From contig OY282386.1 in assembly GCA_958295945.1 (NCBI GenBank), positions 2,181,864-2,245,863 on the forward strand: a stretch of 64,000 nucleotides of DNA. The letters run 5' to 3'. The position numbers and the translations under genes are program-made. Below, in pieces: positions 16,949 through 26,669 of this stretch. The stretch comes from Candidatus Poribacteria bacterium (lineage in GTDB: Bacteria > Poribacteria > WGA-4E > WGA-3G). The notes below the pieces were generated by a model. That model made no database searches. It was not told the origin of the DNA and was given only the letters and a program-made list of their open reading frames with translations. Every line of letters begins with the position of its first letter. The stretch's first letter is position 1.

Positions 16949-19222
16949 TTAAATATTTACCTCTACAATCGTCATTGTATCATTGCCGAAAATGTCTACA
17001 ACCTTGACAGCAATTTTTCTGGAACCCGGTTTGCATTCATGTGCTATGCTCTTTAATTCCAAAGACCGATCCTTCTTGGTGCGAAAACTTTGCCACTCAT
17101 TTTCAAAGACATACTCGCCTGTCCACTGTTCTTTCCACGCCTCTGTATCTGTGTCCTGCACACGGATAATCTCGCGTTTACTCTCAAATTCAAAATCAAC
17201 AGACCAATAATCTATCCAGTCAGTCCATTCTTTCGTCAAAATATCTTTCGTAACGACCCCCTCAGAATCTTTGCTAACCTTTACAACTTGTCCTTTTTCC
17301 ACGACAATTTTACTGCTTTTGTTCTTTAGTGTTTGTTCAGCACCTGAGATTGAATCTTGTGAATAGAAAACAGAGAAATCGGTCAATTCTACCGTTACTG
17401 TCGCTGGTCTATCATTTTTACCATTTGTAGTATGCGTTTTCACTTCAATGAACGCTACATCATGAAACACAACTTGATTCTGCTCCACTGCGCGTTTGTC
17501 AAATACTTCCGCGGGGATGTATTTCGGTGCAAGGTCAATGCCTTTATCTTTCGCTTCCTGTAACACATTGGGAAACAATCCCATCTCAAACTCAAAACCG
17601 AGAACGTCAACACGGGTAACCTGATGTCTTCTGCATTCAAGGATAATCTCTTCTATGAATAGACGCGTTACTGGTAAATTGACGGGCCCAATTGCGATTA
17701 ACCTGCCCGCTTTTTTACCTGGAAAACTGGCAAAACCTTCAGCCTTTTCGGCAGAATAAGCGCGTAGGATAAGGTCAATAAATGTCTTTTCCTTTTCTTC
17801 TAACTGTTGCTGTTGTTCTAACTCTCGTAGGTTTGGATTGACACCGACATAGTGCTGACGTTCATATTTGCCGAGGTTGAGGATTTCAAAGGCACGGTAG
17901 TCTTCACCCTCCTTTTTAAGTTCACGTTGTACTCCGATCAACCGTTTTCGTGTGGTGTGAATGGCAAACTTGCCGAGGTCTGTGACAATCCACTTGCGTC
18001 CAAGTTTTTCTGCAACGGCAGCAGTAGTCCCTGACCCACAGAAAAAGTCAGCGACAAGGTCACCTTCATTAGAAGATGCTTCTATGATGCGTTCAAGTAA
18101 GGCTTCAGGTTTTTGTGTCGGATAATCAAGAATCTCTGCAGTCGTACCTTGCAAATTTGGAATATCATCCCACAAATTGTTTGCTAACTTTCCTTCATTT
18201 TCACGCTCATTCCAATAAGCTTTTTCCTGAAGAGTATTTCCTTCTAAATAGAGTCTGTTTTCATTTTCCAACGTTTTTAACTTTTCATATTTCATCCGCC
18301 ATCCCTTTTTAGGACATTTCCATGTTTTTCCATTATTATCAATATAATCGTATGTCGTTTCGGGTCCAGGACTAGCAGTTTTTTGCAGTGGATAGAGTCT
18401 ATAATTTCCCCTGCCATCTTCATCATTCCTAGTATACATTGCTTTTGTAGTAGGGGATAAGGGTTTAAAAACTGAGTTTACTATGTATTTATCACTTTTA
18501 GAATACCAAAATATTGTATCTGTGTCCCTAGATAAGTTTCTTGAAATTGTCTTACCACTAGAACTTCTTTGCCAAATAATTTCATTATGAAAATTATCGC
18601 TTCCGAACACTTCATCTAAAACGAGCCTTAAAAAACCAGAAACCCGCCAATCACAATGGGCATAAATACTACCATCTATTGCCATCAAGTCTCGCATCAG
18701 AATCAGCCTCTCGTAAATCATAGCGATGAAAGAGTCCGCACCTTTCCCCCAAGTATCACGGTAGGCAATTTCTTCCAGGATATTCGGGTTTTTGGTAAGC
18801 GTTTCACCACCTATCTCAATATCCATAGAAAAATCCGCACCTACGTCAAAGGGTGGGTCAATATAGATAAGTTTGAGTCCATCTTGTGCCTCAATTTCCT
18901 CGCGCAGTGGTCCGTTCTTGAGTGATGATAGTATCAGTTTGTTATCACCCCAGATTAACTTGTTTGTCCAGCCTTTGCGTTGTCTGCCGCGTTCATCAAA
19001 TAAACCGAGTTGTTCACTGGATTCTGCACGTGGTTCGTCTACGTGTTCAATAGTCTGGAATGGTAGTACGATGTTGCAAACTTCGTTTGTCTTGCCATTC
19101 CAAACGAGTTCTACTTCGCGTTTGTCTTCAAAGAGCAGGAAGCGGTATTTTTCGGGTAGTGGTTTGTCTGCTTCTATGTAGCGGATGATTTCTTGCTGTT
19201 CTGATTCTGTGAGTCGTGGCAT
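16949..19222 (-). CDS. mod: Type III-like R-M modification methyltransferase (beta-class N6-adenine MTase)
   Basis: IYIDPPF motif IV precedes TRD and [19 protein letters not shown] motif I; C-terminal [14 protein letters not shown]. Confidence 0.9.
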   Translation of the reverse strand: MPRLTESEQQEIIRYIEADKPLPEKYRFLLFEDKREVELVWNGKTNEVCNIVLPFQTIEHVDEPRAESSEQLGLFDERGRQRKGWTNKLIWGDNKLILSSLKNGPLREEIEAQDGLKLIYIDPPFDVGADFSMDIEIGGETLTKNPNILEEIAYRDTWGKGADSFIAMIYERLILMRDLMAIDGSIYAHCDWRVSGFLRLVLDEVFGSDNFHNEIIWQRSSSGKTISRNLSRDTDTIFWYSKSDKYIVNSVFKPLSPTTKAMYTRNDEDGRGNYRLYPLQKTASPGPETTYDYIDNNGKTWKCPKKGWRMKYEKLKTLENENRLYLEGNTLQEKAYWNERENEGKLANNLWDDIPNLQGTTAEILDYPTQKPEALLERIIEASSNEGDLVADFFCGSGTTAAVAEKLGRKWIVTDLGKFAIHTTRKRLIGVQRELKKEGEDYRAFEILNLGKYERQHYVGVNPNLRELEQQQQLEEKEKTFIDLILRAYSAEKAEGFASFPGKKAGRLIAIGPVNLPVTRLFIEEIILECRRHQVTRVDVLGFEFEMGLFPNVLQEAKDKGIDLAPKYIPAEVFDKRAVEQNQVVFHDVAFIEVKTHTTNGKNDRPATVTVELTDFSVFYSQDSISGAEQTLKNKSSKIVVEKGQVVKVSKDSEGVVTKDILTKEWTDWIDYWSVDFEFESKREIIRVQDTDTEAWKEQWTGEYVFENEWQSFRTKKDRSLELKSIAHECKPGSRKIAVKVVDIFGNDTMTIVEVNI

Positions 19223-19298
19223 ATTTTGTCTTTCGTTATTTTTCGTTAATGTTTACCTGTTTTGGGACTTTTTCCGATTTCCACTGCTTTGGTTCTAA

Positions 19299-19889
19299 TT
19301 ACCAAATGTTGGTGAGTCTGTAAGTTGACTCAATATGTATTTTCATGCCGTTGTCAGTAGCCTTAACAAGATTTTTGAAGAATGCCTCAGTGTCTTGAGC
19401 GGTTTTGCTCGTTAGGCGGATGTTTCCACTCGGTGATCGTGTCCAATCGTAAGGTGGCATATCAAAACCGTGCGCGAAACTATGACGAACACGTAAGATC
19501 TCATTCAATCTTGCACGCACCTGAAAACCGTTCATCCTACGTCGACTCCATATCCAATCGTTGATAGGATCATATCCTGTACAGTCTACAAGAAATTTCT
19601 GTGTATTTTCCCAGTTCGGCGTATTAAATCTCCCCGATGCTCTTTCTGCTGCTTGCTGGGCGATCACGTAAACAGGAGATGAATTAGGTATCACATCGTA
19701 GAAGTCCCGCACGAGGTTTTTTATGTATCCGTTCCATACTGCAACATAGGCCGTAAGTGCTGCGTGATAGTAAACCTGTATTTCATCATTGTGCAACATA
19801 GGATGCAACTGCTTATCTGTTGCAGTCCTGCGAAGTGTCTGTATGCGATTTACTGAGGTTGTGTAGGTTGATAATGCTGGTGATGGCAC
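19299..19889 (-). CDS. HEPN-domain protein (putative RNase)
   Basis: All-helical pattern with N-terminal Y.AVW..Y and LNEILRVRHSFAHG RxxxxH motif at 19470-19487; starts 9 bp after the ParA stop. Confidence 0.75.
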   Translation of the reverse strand: MPSPALSTYTTSVNRIQTLRRTATDKQLHPMLHNDEIQVYYHAALTAYVAVWNGYIKNLVRDFYDVIPNSSPVYVIAQQAAERASGRFNTPNWENTQKFLVDCTGYDPINDWIWSRRRMNGFQVRARLNEILRVRHSFAHGFDMPPYDWTRSPSGNIRLTSKTAQDTEAFFKNLVKATDNGMKIHIESTYRLTNIW

Positions 19890-19898
19890 AAGAAACCT

Positions 19899-21002
19899 TT
19901 AGAGACAATTTACAAATTCGGTGAGTGCTTTCCGATACTGATTTAATGGATCGGGATTGAGTTGAACCTGTTTACCGTGAACCATATTTGGTCCGGCTTG
20001 AAGGTCATTCAAAGGTATTCCTTTAAGTGTCATAATAACACAAGCACTGTGATAGTCAGGTATCTCTATAAACCTTTGACTTGGTGAATCTTTCGGTGTT
20101 GCGTAGATTTGACGGTGCTTTTTGTGGAGCTCATCCAACGTGACTTTAATGGACTCATTCACTGCCTTAAAAGCTTTGCTTGCTTTGCGGCCATAGAGGG
20201 TTACACGATTACTAACAAAGGTGTGGAGTTTCGGAACATCTAGTTCTTTCTCCTTCGCTCTATTAGCAAAGTTGATTCTTGCATAAGTATCTATTTTGGG
20301 ATCACTTATACCGTGGCCATAAAGCAGTGCGACGACATTCTCCAAAGCGCGACGCGAACTATCATCTGGTGTAAAAGGAATAATAAGATTTTCGGCTGCA
20401 GCGAGAGCCAATTGGGTGTAGATGGCGAAACTCGGATTACAGTCAATGATAAAAAGTGCATCTCGATTCCCGCTCCGCTTACGTAATGCAGATGTTAAAT
20501 CTTTGATCCAACTGAGGACTTGCTTCCAAGCATCCACTGGGATGGCAAGTTGTGAAGTTTGACGAATTGCTTCCGATAGAATTTCCAGTAGATAGTCACC
20601 GCAAACTAAACGCAAATTTCCTGGAAGTCTTGAGTTAAAGTCCTTAGGGTGACAAAAATACGGAGATACATTTTCAATGACACGGAAAGGAGAATTCAAC
20701 CGTGCTTCAATGTAACCCGCAACTGTAGCACGTGGCGTTTGTCCTATCAGTTTATTTATAACATCATAATTTTTGTGAATTACATTATAATTTTCGTCAT
20801 CGGATACTTCATCGTTATCATCAGAATTAGTTAAAATATCAGAATTCAGAAGTAACATCTCAGATACATTTGCTTGGGGGCAAAGGTCTATAACATAGAC
20901 ATCAGTGTCCGGATATGTGCGTGCATACTCGGTTGCTGCAACAAAACTTAAGAAACTCTTCCCGACCCCTCCTTTGTTGTTCCAGAATGCGTAAGCTGTC
21001 AT
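19899..21002 (-). CDS. ParA/Soj/MinD-family ATPase
   Basis: Deviant Walker A NNKGGVGKS, VIDLCPQAN, IIDCNPS Walker B. Confidence 0.9.
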   Translation of the reverse strand: MTAYAFWNNKGGVGKSFLSFVAATEYARTYPDTDVYVIDLCPQANVSEMLLLNSDILTNSDDNDEVSDDENYNVIHKNYDVINKLIGQTPRATVAGYIEARLNSPFRVIENVSPYFCHPKDFNSRLPGNLRLVCGDYLLEILSEAIRQTSQLAIPVDAWKQVLSWIKDLTSALRKRSGNRDALFIIDCNPSFAIYTQLALAAAENLIIPFTPDDSSRRALENVVALLYGHGISDPKIDTYARINFANRAKEKELDVPKLHTFVSNRVTLYGRKASKAFKAVNESIKVTLDELHKKHRQIYATPKDSPSQRFIEIPDYHSACVIMTLKGIPLNDLQAGPNMVHGKQVQLNPDPLNQYRKALTEFVNCL

Positions 21003-21137
21003 AATATAACCCCCTCAAAAAAATGAAAACACATAATAAATCTCGTTTAAAATTCTAACACAAATTGGTATGAATGTCAAAAGCTTGTTGCTTTTTGCTT
21101 TTGCAACGCTACATTATCATTGACAAGACTTACACAT

Positions 21138-21218
21138 TCCCCCTTGATAAGGGGGTTAGGGGTTAAAAAGTCGTTATTCAGTGATTTGCCCCCTAAATTC
21201 CCCTTATCGGAGGGACTT
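21138..21218. repeat. REP-like inverted doublet (CCCCCTTGATAAGGGGG family)
   Basis: tcccccttgataagggggttagggg 21138-21162 and ccccctaaattccccttatcggagggactt 21189-21218. Confidence 0.7.
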
Positions 21219-21248
21219 TAAGATAAGAGGAAATGCGTCCATCCTCCG

Positions 21249-21626
21249 TTATTTCTCGTTATTGTCTTCCTGTTCTGGTTCGTCTATTTCAAGGACTTGT
21301 ACGACAGGATCTCCAATATTTACAATGGCTCTGCTCAAAGATAATAGAGATTTACTAAATGAACCTTTGCCTCCTGATGACAAAGGTTTGTCTTTTGAGA
21401 ATAAAACAGTTATATGTTCTTGAACATCATCAACGTATAAATAAACAATAGGCCATTCAACCTTACCTATTTCTTTAGACGTATCAGGATCTCTTACAGG
21501 AATAATTTCTGAGATATAAAACTCCATACCGTAAGTTACACCATCTACCTCACCTATATTTATTACGAGTGCCCTTTCGTTCAAAATTCGTGCTACTTTA
21601 CCGCGAATTGGTTTAGTTTGTGTCAC
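21249..21626 (-). CDS. Small beta-rich hypothetical protein (FlgT C-terminal-like pattern); probable GTG start at 21626
   Basis: GKVARILNERALVINIGEVDGVTYGMEF..VRDPDTSKEIG; SD GGAGGG before GTG; overlaps the upstream gene stop. The ORF track starts at 21656. Confidence 0.7.
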   Translation of the reverse strand: MTQTKPIRGKVARILNERALVINIGEVDGVTYGMEFYISEIIPVRDPDTSKEIGKVEWPIVYLYVDDVQEHITVLFSKDKPLSSGGKGSFSKSLLSLSRAIVNIGDPVVQVLEIDEPEQEDNNEK

Positions 21627-22089
21627 TATCAATCCCTCCTTGTATTTTAGATTCAAGTTGTTGTTTTAACTCTTCTACATCTTCTGGAACAATGTCTCTC
21701 CAATCTTCCAATGCATCATCTGCTGCGTTTAGTTGCTCAGTAACAATTGCGTCAAGTTTGGCAACTAATACTTTATAGTCTTCTGGAGATTCCAAATTGT
21801 TTATTGATTGTATCTCAGTTGAAGCACGCGAAAGACTCTCGTAGAGTGAAACAAGACGTCTAAAAGCAGATCGTGCATGTGGTTTGATTATTTCTTTTGC
21901 TACTTCTTTAGCAGACTGTCGACCAAAAATAAAAGAACCTGTAAGTCCCGCGGTAAGGACAAAAACTTGCCAAATTGTACTTTCTACAGTGGTTAAAACT
22001 CTTGTAGTTGTTGTGTAAATGACTAAAACTGATACACCCAAAGAGATTAAGATTAGAAAACTTGCAAGAACCCAATTTAAGTTTTTCAT
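21613..22089 (-). CDS. Two-TM membrane protein with cytoplasmic helical domain, hypothetical
   Basis: Two hydrophobic helices (LNWVLASFLILISLGVSVLVIY; IWQVFVLTAGLTGSFIFG) then amphipathic helices. Confidence 0.75.
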   Translation of the reverse strand: MKNLNWVLASFLILISLGVSVLVIYTTTTRVLTTVESTIWQVFVLTAGLTGSFIFGRQSAKEVAKEIIKPHARSAFRRLVSLYESLSRASTEIQSINNLESPEDYKVLVAKLDAIVTEQLNAADDALEDWRDIVPEDVEELKQQLESKIQGGIDSDTN

Positions 22090-22157
22090 AATTTACTATT
22101 GTATCAAAAAATGTGGTGTTTGTCAAAAAATGAGGATGTTTATTGAGAGCTTTATCA

Positions 22158-24845
22158 CTACGGTTTGTATTCTGTAAAACCGTCAAGCAATTGCTGAAAA
22201 GTTGTCGGTGAATATGTTCTGAAACTCTCCTCGTCAACAAAAACAAAATCATAGTCAACATCGGTTGAGATTTCGTTAACATCCTCACACCATTGCGATA
22301 AACGTTCCATCTTGAGCGGTACATCTAAATCTTCTAATCCCTTAGTTTCGACTACAACTACACTGCCATCCATCAATTTGACGATAAAATCGGGATAGTA
22401 ATTAGAAATATCACCATCAGCATTGACATAATCAAGTTTAAACTGCACGCCATAATAGTTTTTTGTATAGGATACAACGTCCGGGCACGCCTCCAGAAAT
22501 TTAGCGAATTCCAATTCCAAATGACTATCACCTGTGATGATGTTGAATACAGATTTTGACGGTACTAAATGGTCTTGGTCTTTGACTATAAAGGGTCTTG
22601 TACTGCTGATTTTAGAAGTTTCGCTTAATTCTGCATTTCCTTTGTCCTGGACTGTAAGGTCATTGATTGCACGTTTGAATGTTTCAATAATCGTTTTTGT
22701 GGCGCGGAGTTCCGCGAGATTTTTTATGGTGATGGGATCGTCTAATGCTACCGTTTCACCAAAGAGATGGTGCTGGACAAATTCTTTTACCTTTGCATAC
22801 AACACATCATAACCGCCGACAAGTCGGAGTTCTTTCATTAGAGTTTGGGCAAAATAACCGAGAGCGTTTCGGTAGTCTTCTGTACCTGGACTTTCCAATA
22901 CTGTCGTATGTGCGACTTCGCTTGTCGTCATATATCGGAATTCAATTTCTCGTATCTCGGTTTCGCCAAACTGTTCATACTCAACAGGTTCAAAGTCAAG
23001 GCGTGTAACGTCCAAGTCTGCGAGATTGTTGTACTCACGGTAAACACGGCGCGTCAAAATGGGAATTTCAATATCAAGCGCGCCGATGTCTTTGTCCACA
23101 TTTTCCTTGTCAACCTCAATAACAAGAGGTGCTATGGGTTTTGTGCCTTCTCCCATTTCTTTGCGTTCTAATTCGACCCCTTCCTCTTGAATCTTTTCAA
23201 CAAAATCCATGAAGGCATCTGTACCGATGACACTAACAGACTCATCTACTGAATTATTATACATTCGCCTGAGGCCGCGTCCTAAGGTCTGTTCTGGTAG
23301 AATGTTGGCTTTTGCAGAATATGCACGGAGCCCAACAATGGTTGTAACGTTCTTGACATCCCACCCCTCTTTAAGCATTAAAACGGAAACAATTGCCTTA
23401 TATGGATTTTTGTCTATCGCTAAATCGATCGCATTCGCTTGCTTTCGAAGCTCTTCAAGTTCTTCTTTCTTTTTTCCAGATGTAGCCTCAGAGATTTCAC
23501 CATTATTCTTTGTATGAATCACCAGTACAGCATCTTTTAAGTCTTGGTAATGGTTTTCAAGATAAGTTGCTACCTCATCGCAGTTTTTCGTATCATCGGT
23601 CATCACAAACAGAATGGCTTTCTTACCCAACTTTTCGTGTCGTTCGAACGCTTTGCGCCACTCAACCACACCCAGGTGGAGATAGTCCGCATACTTCTCT
23701 GTAAACTTCACACTCTGTTTTTCCTCAAGTTTCTTCCTGCTTTCATCATCTGGAAGAATAGGGTGTTTCACGACGTTTTGTGAAATAGCCTCTACAAGCG
23801 GATAATCCGCGACTGTCTGGACAAAAATTGCACCGTTATTATGCTTTGGGGTTGCAGTTACATCAACTTGTAATGATAACTCGCTGTCTTTTTGCACAAG
23901 GCGATTGCGGATATCCTCAATTGACTTGAACCATGCCATCTTTGGATCATGGATATGATGTGCTTCATCGTTAAGTACCATCAATTCGTCAATATCTCGG
24001 ACGATGTCCCCGAGGTCCACTTTGGAATCTGTTGTTGCACCAGTCGGTTTTTTACCTAAGTAGTAATCCATACTGTTATCATCATCGGGGGATGGTGGTG
24101 TTTGGTCACTGGAATAGACGCGGTGAATATTCGTGAGAAAGATGTTACCTGTAGGCCGGACAGTTCGCACTTCATCTTGTACATGCAAGGTGAGTTGAAA
24201 ATCATTTCTCCAATTCTGACCTTCATAACCGTTGTCTGGTAACACTGGGTCATCAAAAAAGATGCTTAATCCTTTGAAATCATGATAAAGCCTGTCAAGG
24301 ACAATGATATTAGGTGCAATGACAAGAAAATTTCGAGAGAGTTCAGAATCTGTTTCATACAACTTGTGAAAGAAACTCCATGCGATAACAAGACTCATCA
24401 CCTTAGTTTTACCTGTGCCTGTTGCCATTTTTATGACGAATCGTTTCCAATTTTCGTCAAACATTCCTCTTGAAACAGCACCTGAACTGTCAAACTTTAT
24501 CAAATCAACTTCATCTTGGACCTTGACGACATCATAGAGGTAGACAATAGTTTCCAGTGCTTCGCGCTGTGCGAAATAGTACTGAAATTCTGTTGTTGTA
24601 CCATCAGATTGTTCTCTCAAGTGCGGTTCCTTGAACCACCAATTGAGTAGTGCTTTGCTTGTTTCAGATGCACCTCTATAGTTGTCATCACGCCAAGTCT
24701 TAACTGCATCACGTATCTTTTGTACGAGTGGTGGGAGTAACGTCCCCATGCCTGTCAAGGGCATCTGTGCGACATCAGGTGTCCAGCGCACAGAAGGGTC
24801 AATGATTTCGTGTGGTGATTCAGGAAATTCTGGGTGTAATGGCAT
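22158..24845 (-). CDS. res: Type III-like restriction subunit (SF2 DEAH helicase + C-terminal PD-(D/E)xK nuclease)
   Basis: FAQREALET, KMATGTGKT, LNDEAHH, MLKEGWDV, EQTLGRGLRRM, YYPDFIV..VVETKG. Confidence 0.9.
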   Translation of the reverse strand: MPLHPEFPESPHEIIDPSVRWTPDVAQMPLTGMGTLLPPLVQKIRDAVKTWRDDNYRGASETSKALLNWWFKEPHLREQSDGTTTEFQYYFAQREALETIVYLYDVVKVQDEVDLIKFDSSGAVSRGMFDENWKRFVIKMATGTGKTKVMSLVIAWSFFHKLYETDSELSRNFLVIAPNIIVLDRLYHDFKGLSIFFDDPVLPDNGYEGQNWRNDFQLTLHVQDEVRTVRPTGNIFLTNIHRVYSSDQTPPSPDDDNSMDYYLGKKPTGATTDSKVDLGDIVRDIDELMVLNDEAHHIHDPKMAWFKSIEDIRNRLVQKDSELSLQVDVTATPKHNNGAIFVQTVADYPLVEAISQNVVKHPILPDDESRKKLEEKQSVKFTEKYADYLHLGVVEWRKAFERHEKLGKKAILFVMTDDTKNCDEVATYLENHYQDLKDAVLVIHTKNNGEISEATSGKKKEELEELRKQANAIDLAIDKNPYKAIVSVLMLKEGWDVKNVTTIVGLRAYSAKANILPEQTLGRGLRRMYNNSVDESVSVIGTDAFMDFVEKIQEEGVELERKEMGEGTKPIAPLVIEVDKENVDKDIGALDIEIPILTRRVYREYNNLADLDVTRLDFEPVEYEQFGETEIREIEFRYMTTSEVAHTTVLESPGTEDYRNALGYFAQTLMKELRLVGGYDVLYAKVKEFVQHHLFGETVALDDPITIKNLAELRATKTIIETFKRAINDLTVQDKGNAELSETSKISSTRPFIVKDQDHLVPSKSVFNIITGDSHLELEFAKFLEACPDVVSYTKNYYGVQFKLDYVNADGDISNYYPDFIVKLMDGSVVVVETKGLEDLDVPLKMERLSQWCEDVNEISTDVDYDFVFVDEESFRTYSPTTFQQLLDGFTEYKP

Positions 24846-24876
24846 AATTGCCTCTTTCCAACATCAATATTAACTT

Positions 24877-25062
24877 TCACTCATTCCATTCCTTGAAAAC
24901 AACACCGCATCTTGGACACTGTGTTGACAAACCCGTTTGTCGCTGCCCACAGTTCGGACACCATGTTCTGATTCCTTGTTTACGCCGATACATCGTTAAT
25001 ATGATCATCCAAACTACTACAAGAATGATGGCAATGAGTGGAAAAGCAATTTGATTATACAT
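24877..25062 (-). CDS. Small single-TM protein with C-terminal zinc ribbon
   Basis: Hydrophobic N-terminus then CPNC-x10-CPRC; 31 bp upstream of res. Confidence 0.6.
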   Translation of the reverse strand: MYNQIAFPLIAIILVVVWMIILTMYRRKQGIRTWCPNCGQRQTGLSTQCPRCGVVFKEWNE

Positions 25063-25117
25063 TGTTTTCTATCATCCACCCTTCAAAAGACTCATCTCAT
25101 TTCTGAGTTAATGAACA

Positions 25118-25990
25118 CTAATTGATCAGGTTCAAAGTTCTGCATATCTTCTTTGCACCAGCAAGATTAGGCTGCAACTCAAATGCCATCAATAAAACCT
25201 GACGTGCATGTGGGAACAAGTCTATTTCAACATAAAATTCAGCAATCTTTTTATACATCCATGCAGTTTCACGTTTCGGTAGATTTAGATCCTGAATCTT
25301 TGACAACGGAATGTGACACATCTGTTGATGGCCTTCAACACTATAATGGTAAAGATAGATTCTCTTGAGACGATCCTTTACCTCTGTAATAAAGTGCTTG
25401 AAGCAGGGACGTTGTCCTTCTGCAGACAATAATGTCTCGTAAATGTGCATCGCTTGTTCTAAATTTCTGTGTCGGTCTGAAATAGAACAATCTCCATTTG
25501 CAAATCCGAGATTCTGATATGCTTCTGCAAGAAGGAATTCGCAGTCGCGACTATCTTCATAGTTGAAGAAATCATCTGGACACCATTTCGTGCCATTACT
25601 CTCACATTTCTCACAGAGCTGCTCATACATGGAGATACCGATTTCATAGTTCCGGTGCAAGAGCGCGTGAAACAACAACTCCAATTTTGCCCAATCAGAG
25701 TTGATTTGATTTAGTCTGTCATAATACGATTGATATTTCTTTTGTTTGCATTCAATATTCTGTATTCTTCGATCATATTCAGATTTACGTTTGGCGTCAG
25801 AAAGCACATCATAAGCATTCAAAACATCGCGGAACATCTGTTCTGTACATCCAATTTGATCCGGACTGAAGTTGATGTTAATCTTGTCTGGATGGTATCT
25901 CTTTGCGAGTATTCTAAATGCCTTTTTTATTTCGGATGCAGAGGCATCACGTTGAATCTCTAAAATTTGATAATAGTTTGGAATACGCAT
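25118..25990 (-). CDS. DnaJ (J-domain) protein with C-terminal TPR-like helices
   Basis: NYYQILEI..ASASEIKKAFRILAKRYHPDK, AYDVLSD..RSEYD; SD AAGGAG-like site not seen, ATG start from ORF track. Confidence 0.85.
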   Translation of the reverse strand: MRIPNYYQILEIQRDASASEIKKAFRILAKRYHPDKININFSPDQIGCTEQMFRDVLNAYDVLSDAKRKSEYDRRIQNIECKQKKYQSYYDRLNQINSDWAKLELLFHALLHRNYEIGISMYEQLCEKCESNGTKWCPDDFFNYEDSRDCEFLLAEAYQNLGFANGDCSISDRHRNLEQAMHIYETLLSAEGQRPCFKHFITEVKDRLKRIYLYHYSVEGHQQMCHIPLSKIQDLNLPKRETAWMYKKIAEFYVEIDLFPHARQVLLMAFELQPNLAGAKKICRTLNLIN

Positions 25991-26243
25991 AAGGAGTTAG
26001 TGGAATTAAGTATGTGGAATTATAATTCCATGTATTTGTGGATTTGTCAAGTGGAAATTTGGAAAGAGAATGTGTATTTTATTAAAAATGTTGATACATT
26101 ATCTGTTTTAGGTTTCTACTATACCCATCCTGCTAAAATTAGATGGCGGAGTTCAAGAAGCAAGCGAGGTTGATGTATTATAGTGAAATACAAAGATTTA
26201 TTCACACTTTTGGTACGTGAGACCTAAACTAATGGACTGTGCC

Positions 26244-26299
26244 GTAGCACAAACTGCCAGTTTGTGCAGTAGTGTACGCAAACTGGCAGTTTGCGCTAC
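26244..26299. repeat. REP-like inverted doublet (GTAGCACAAACTGCCAGTTTGTGC family)
   Basis: gtagcacaaactgccagtttgtgc 26244-26267 and inverted cgcaaactggcagtttgcgctac 26277-26299; related copy at 45113-45136. Confidence 0.8.
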
Positions 26300-26669
26300 A
26301 ATTGTGTGCAAGTAATTATAGATTTCACTATAACATTGTTTGAAGTATTTTTAACAGTGTCATTTGATTGCTGGGTACTTTAGAGAGTGCTTCTGCGTAC
26401 TTATCAAGCATTTCATACAATCAATACACTTTGGTTGGTCAATTTTAAGATGTGTATCTATAAGTTCAATTATATTTTCTGGACATACTGCTACGCATGC
26501 ACCACAATAAACACATAATTCTTCTTTTATATGAATCATCTAATTCCTCATTGCACGTAATCTGTTTTTGTTATTCATAATTATATGCATTGATGTAATT
26601 CGGTCAAGAAATATGAGTGAATACTGGTAACAAATCAAGATGACTTAATTAAGAGAATGGATTTGATAC

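Noticed and set aside
16949-19222. Phase-variable mod (phasevarion)
   Set aside because: No simple-sequence repeat tract visible in the coding region or promoter.
19899-21002. Chromosome or plasmid partition locus
   Set aside because: No ParB gene or parS-like palindrome nearby; the partner is a HEPN protein.
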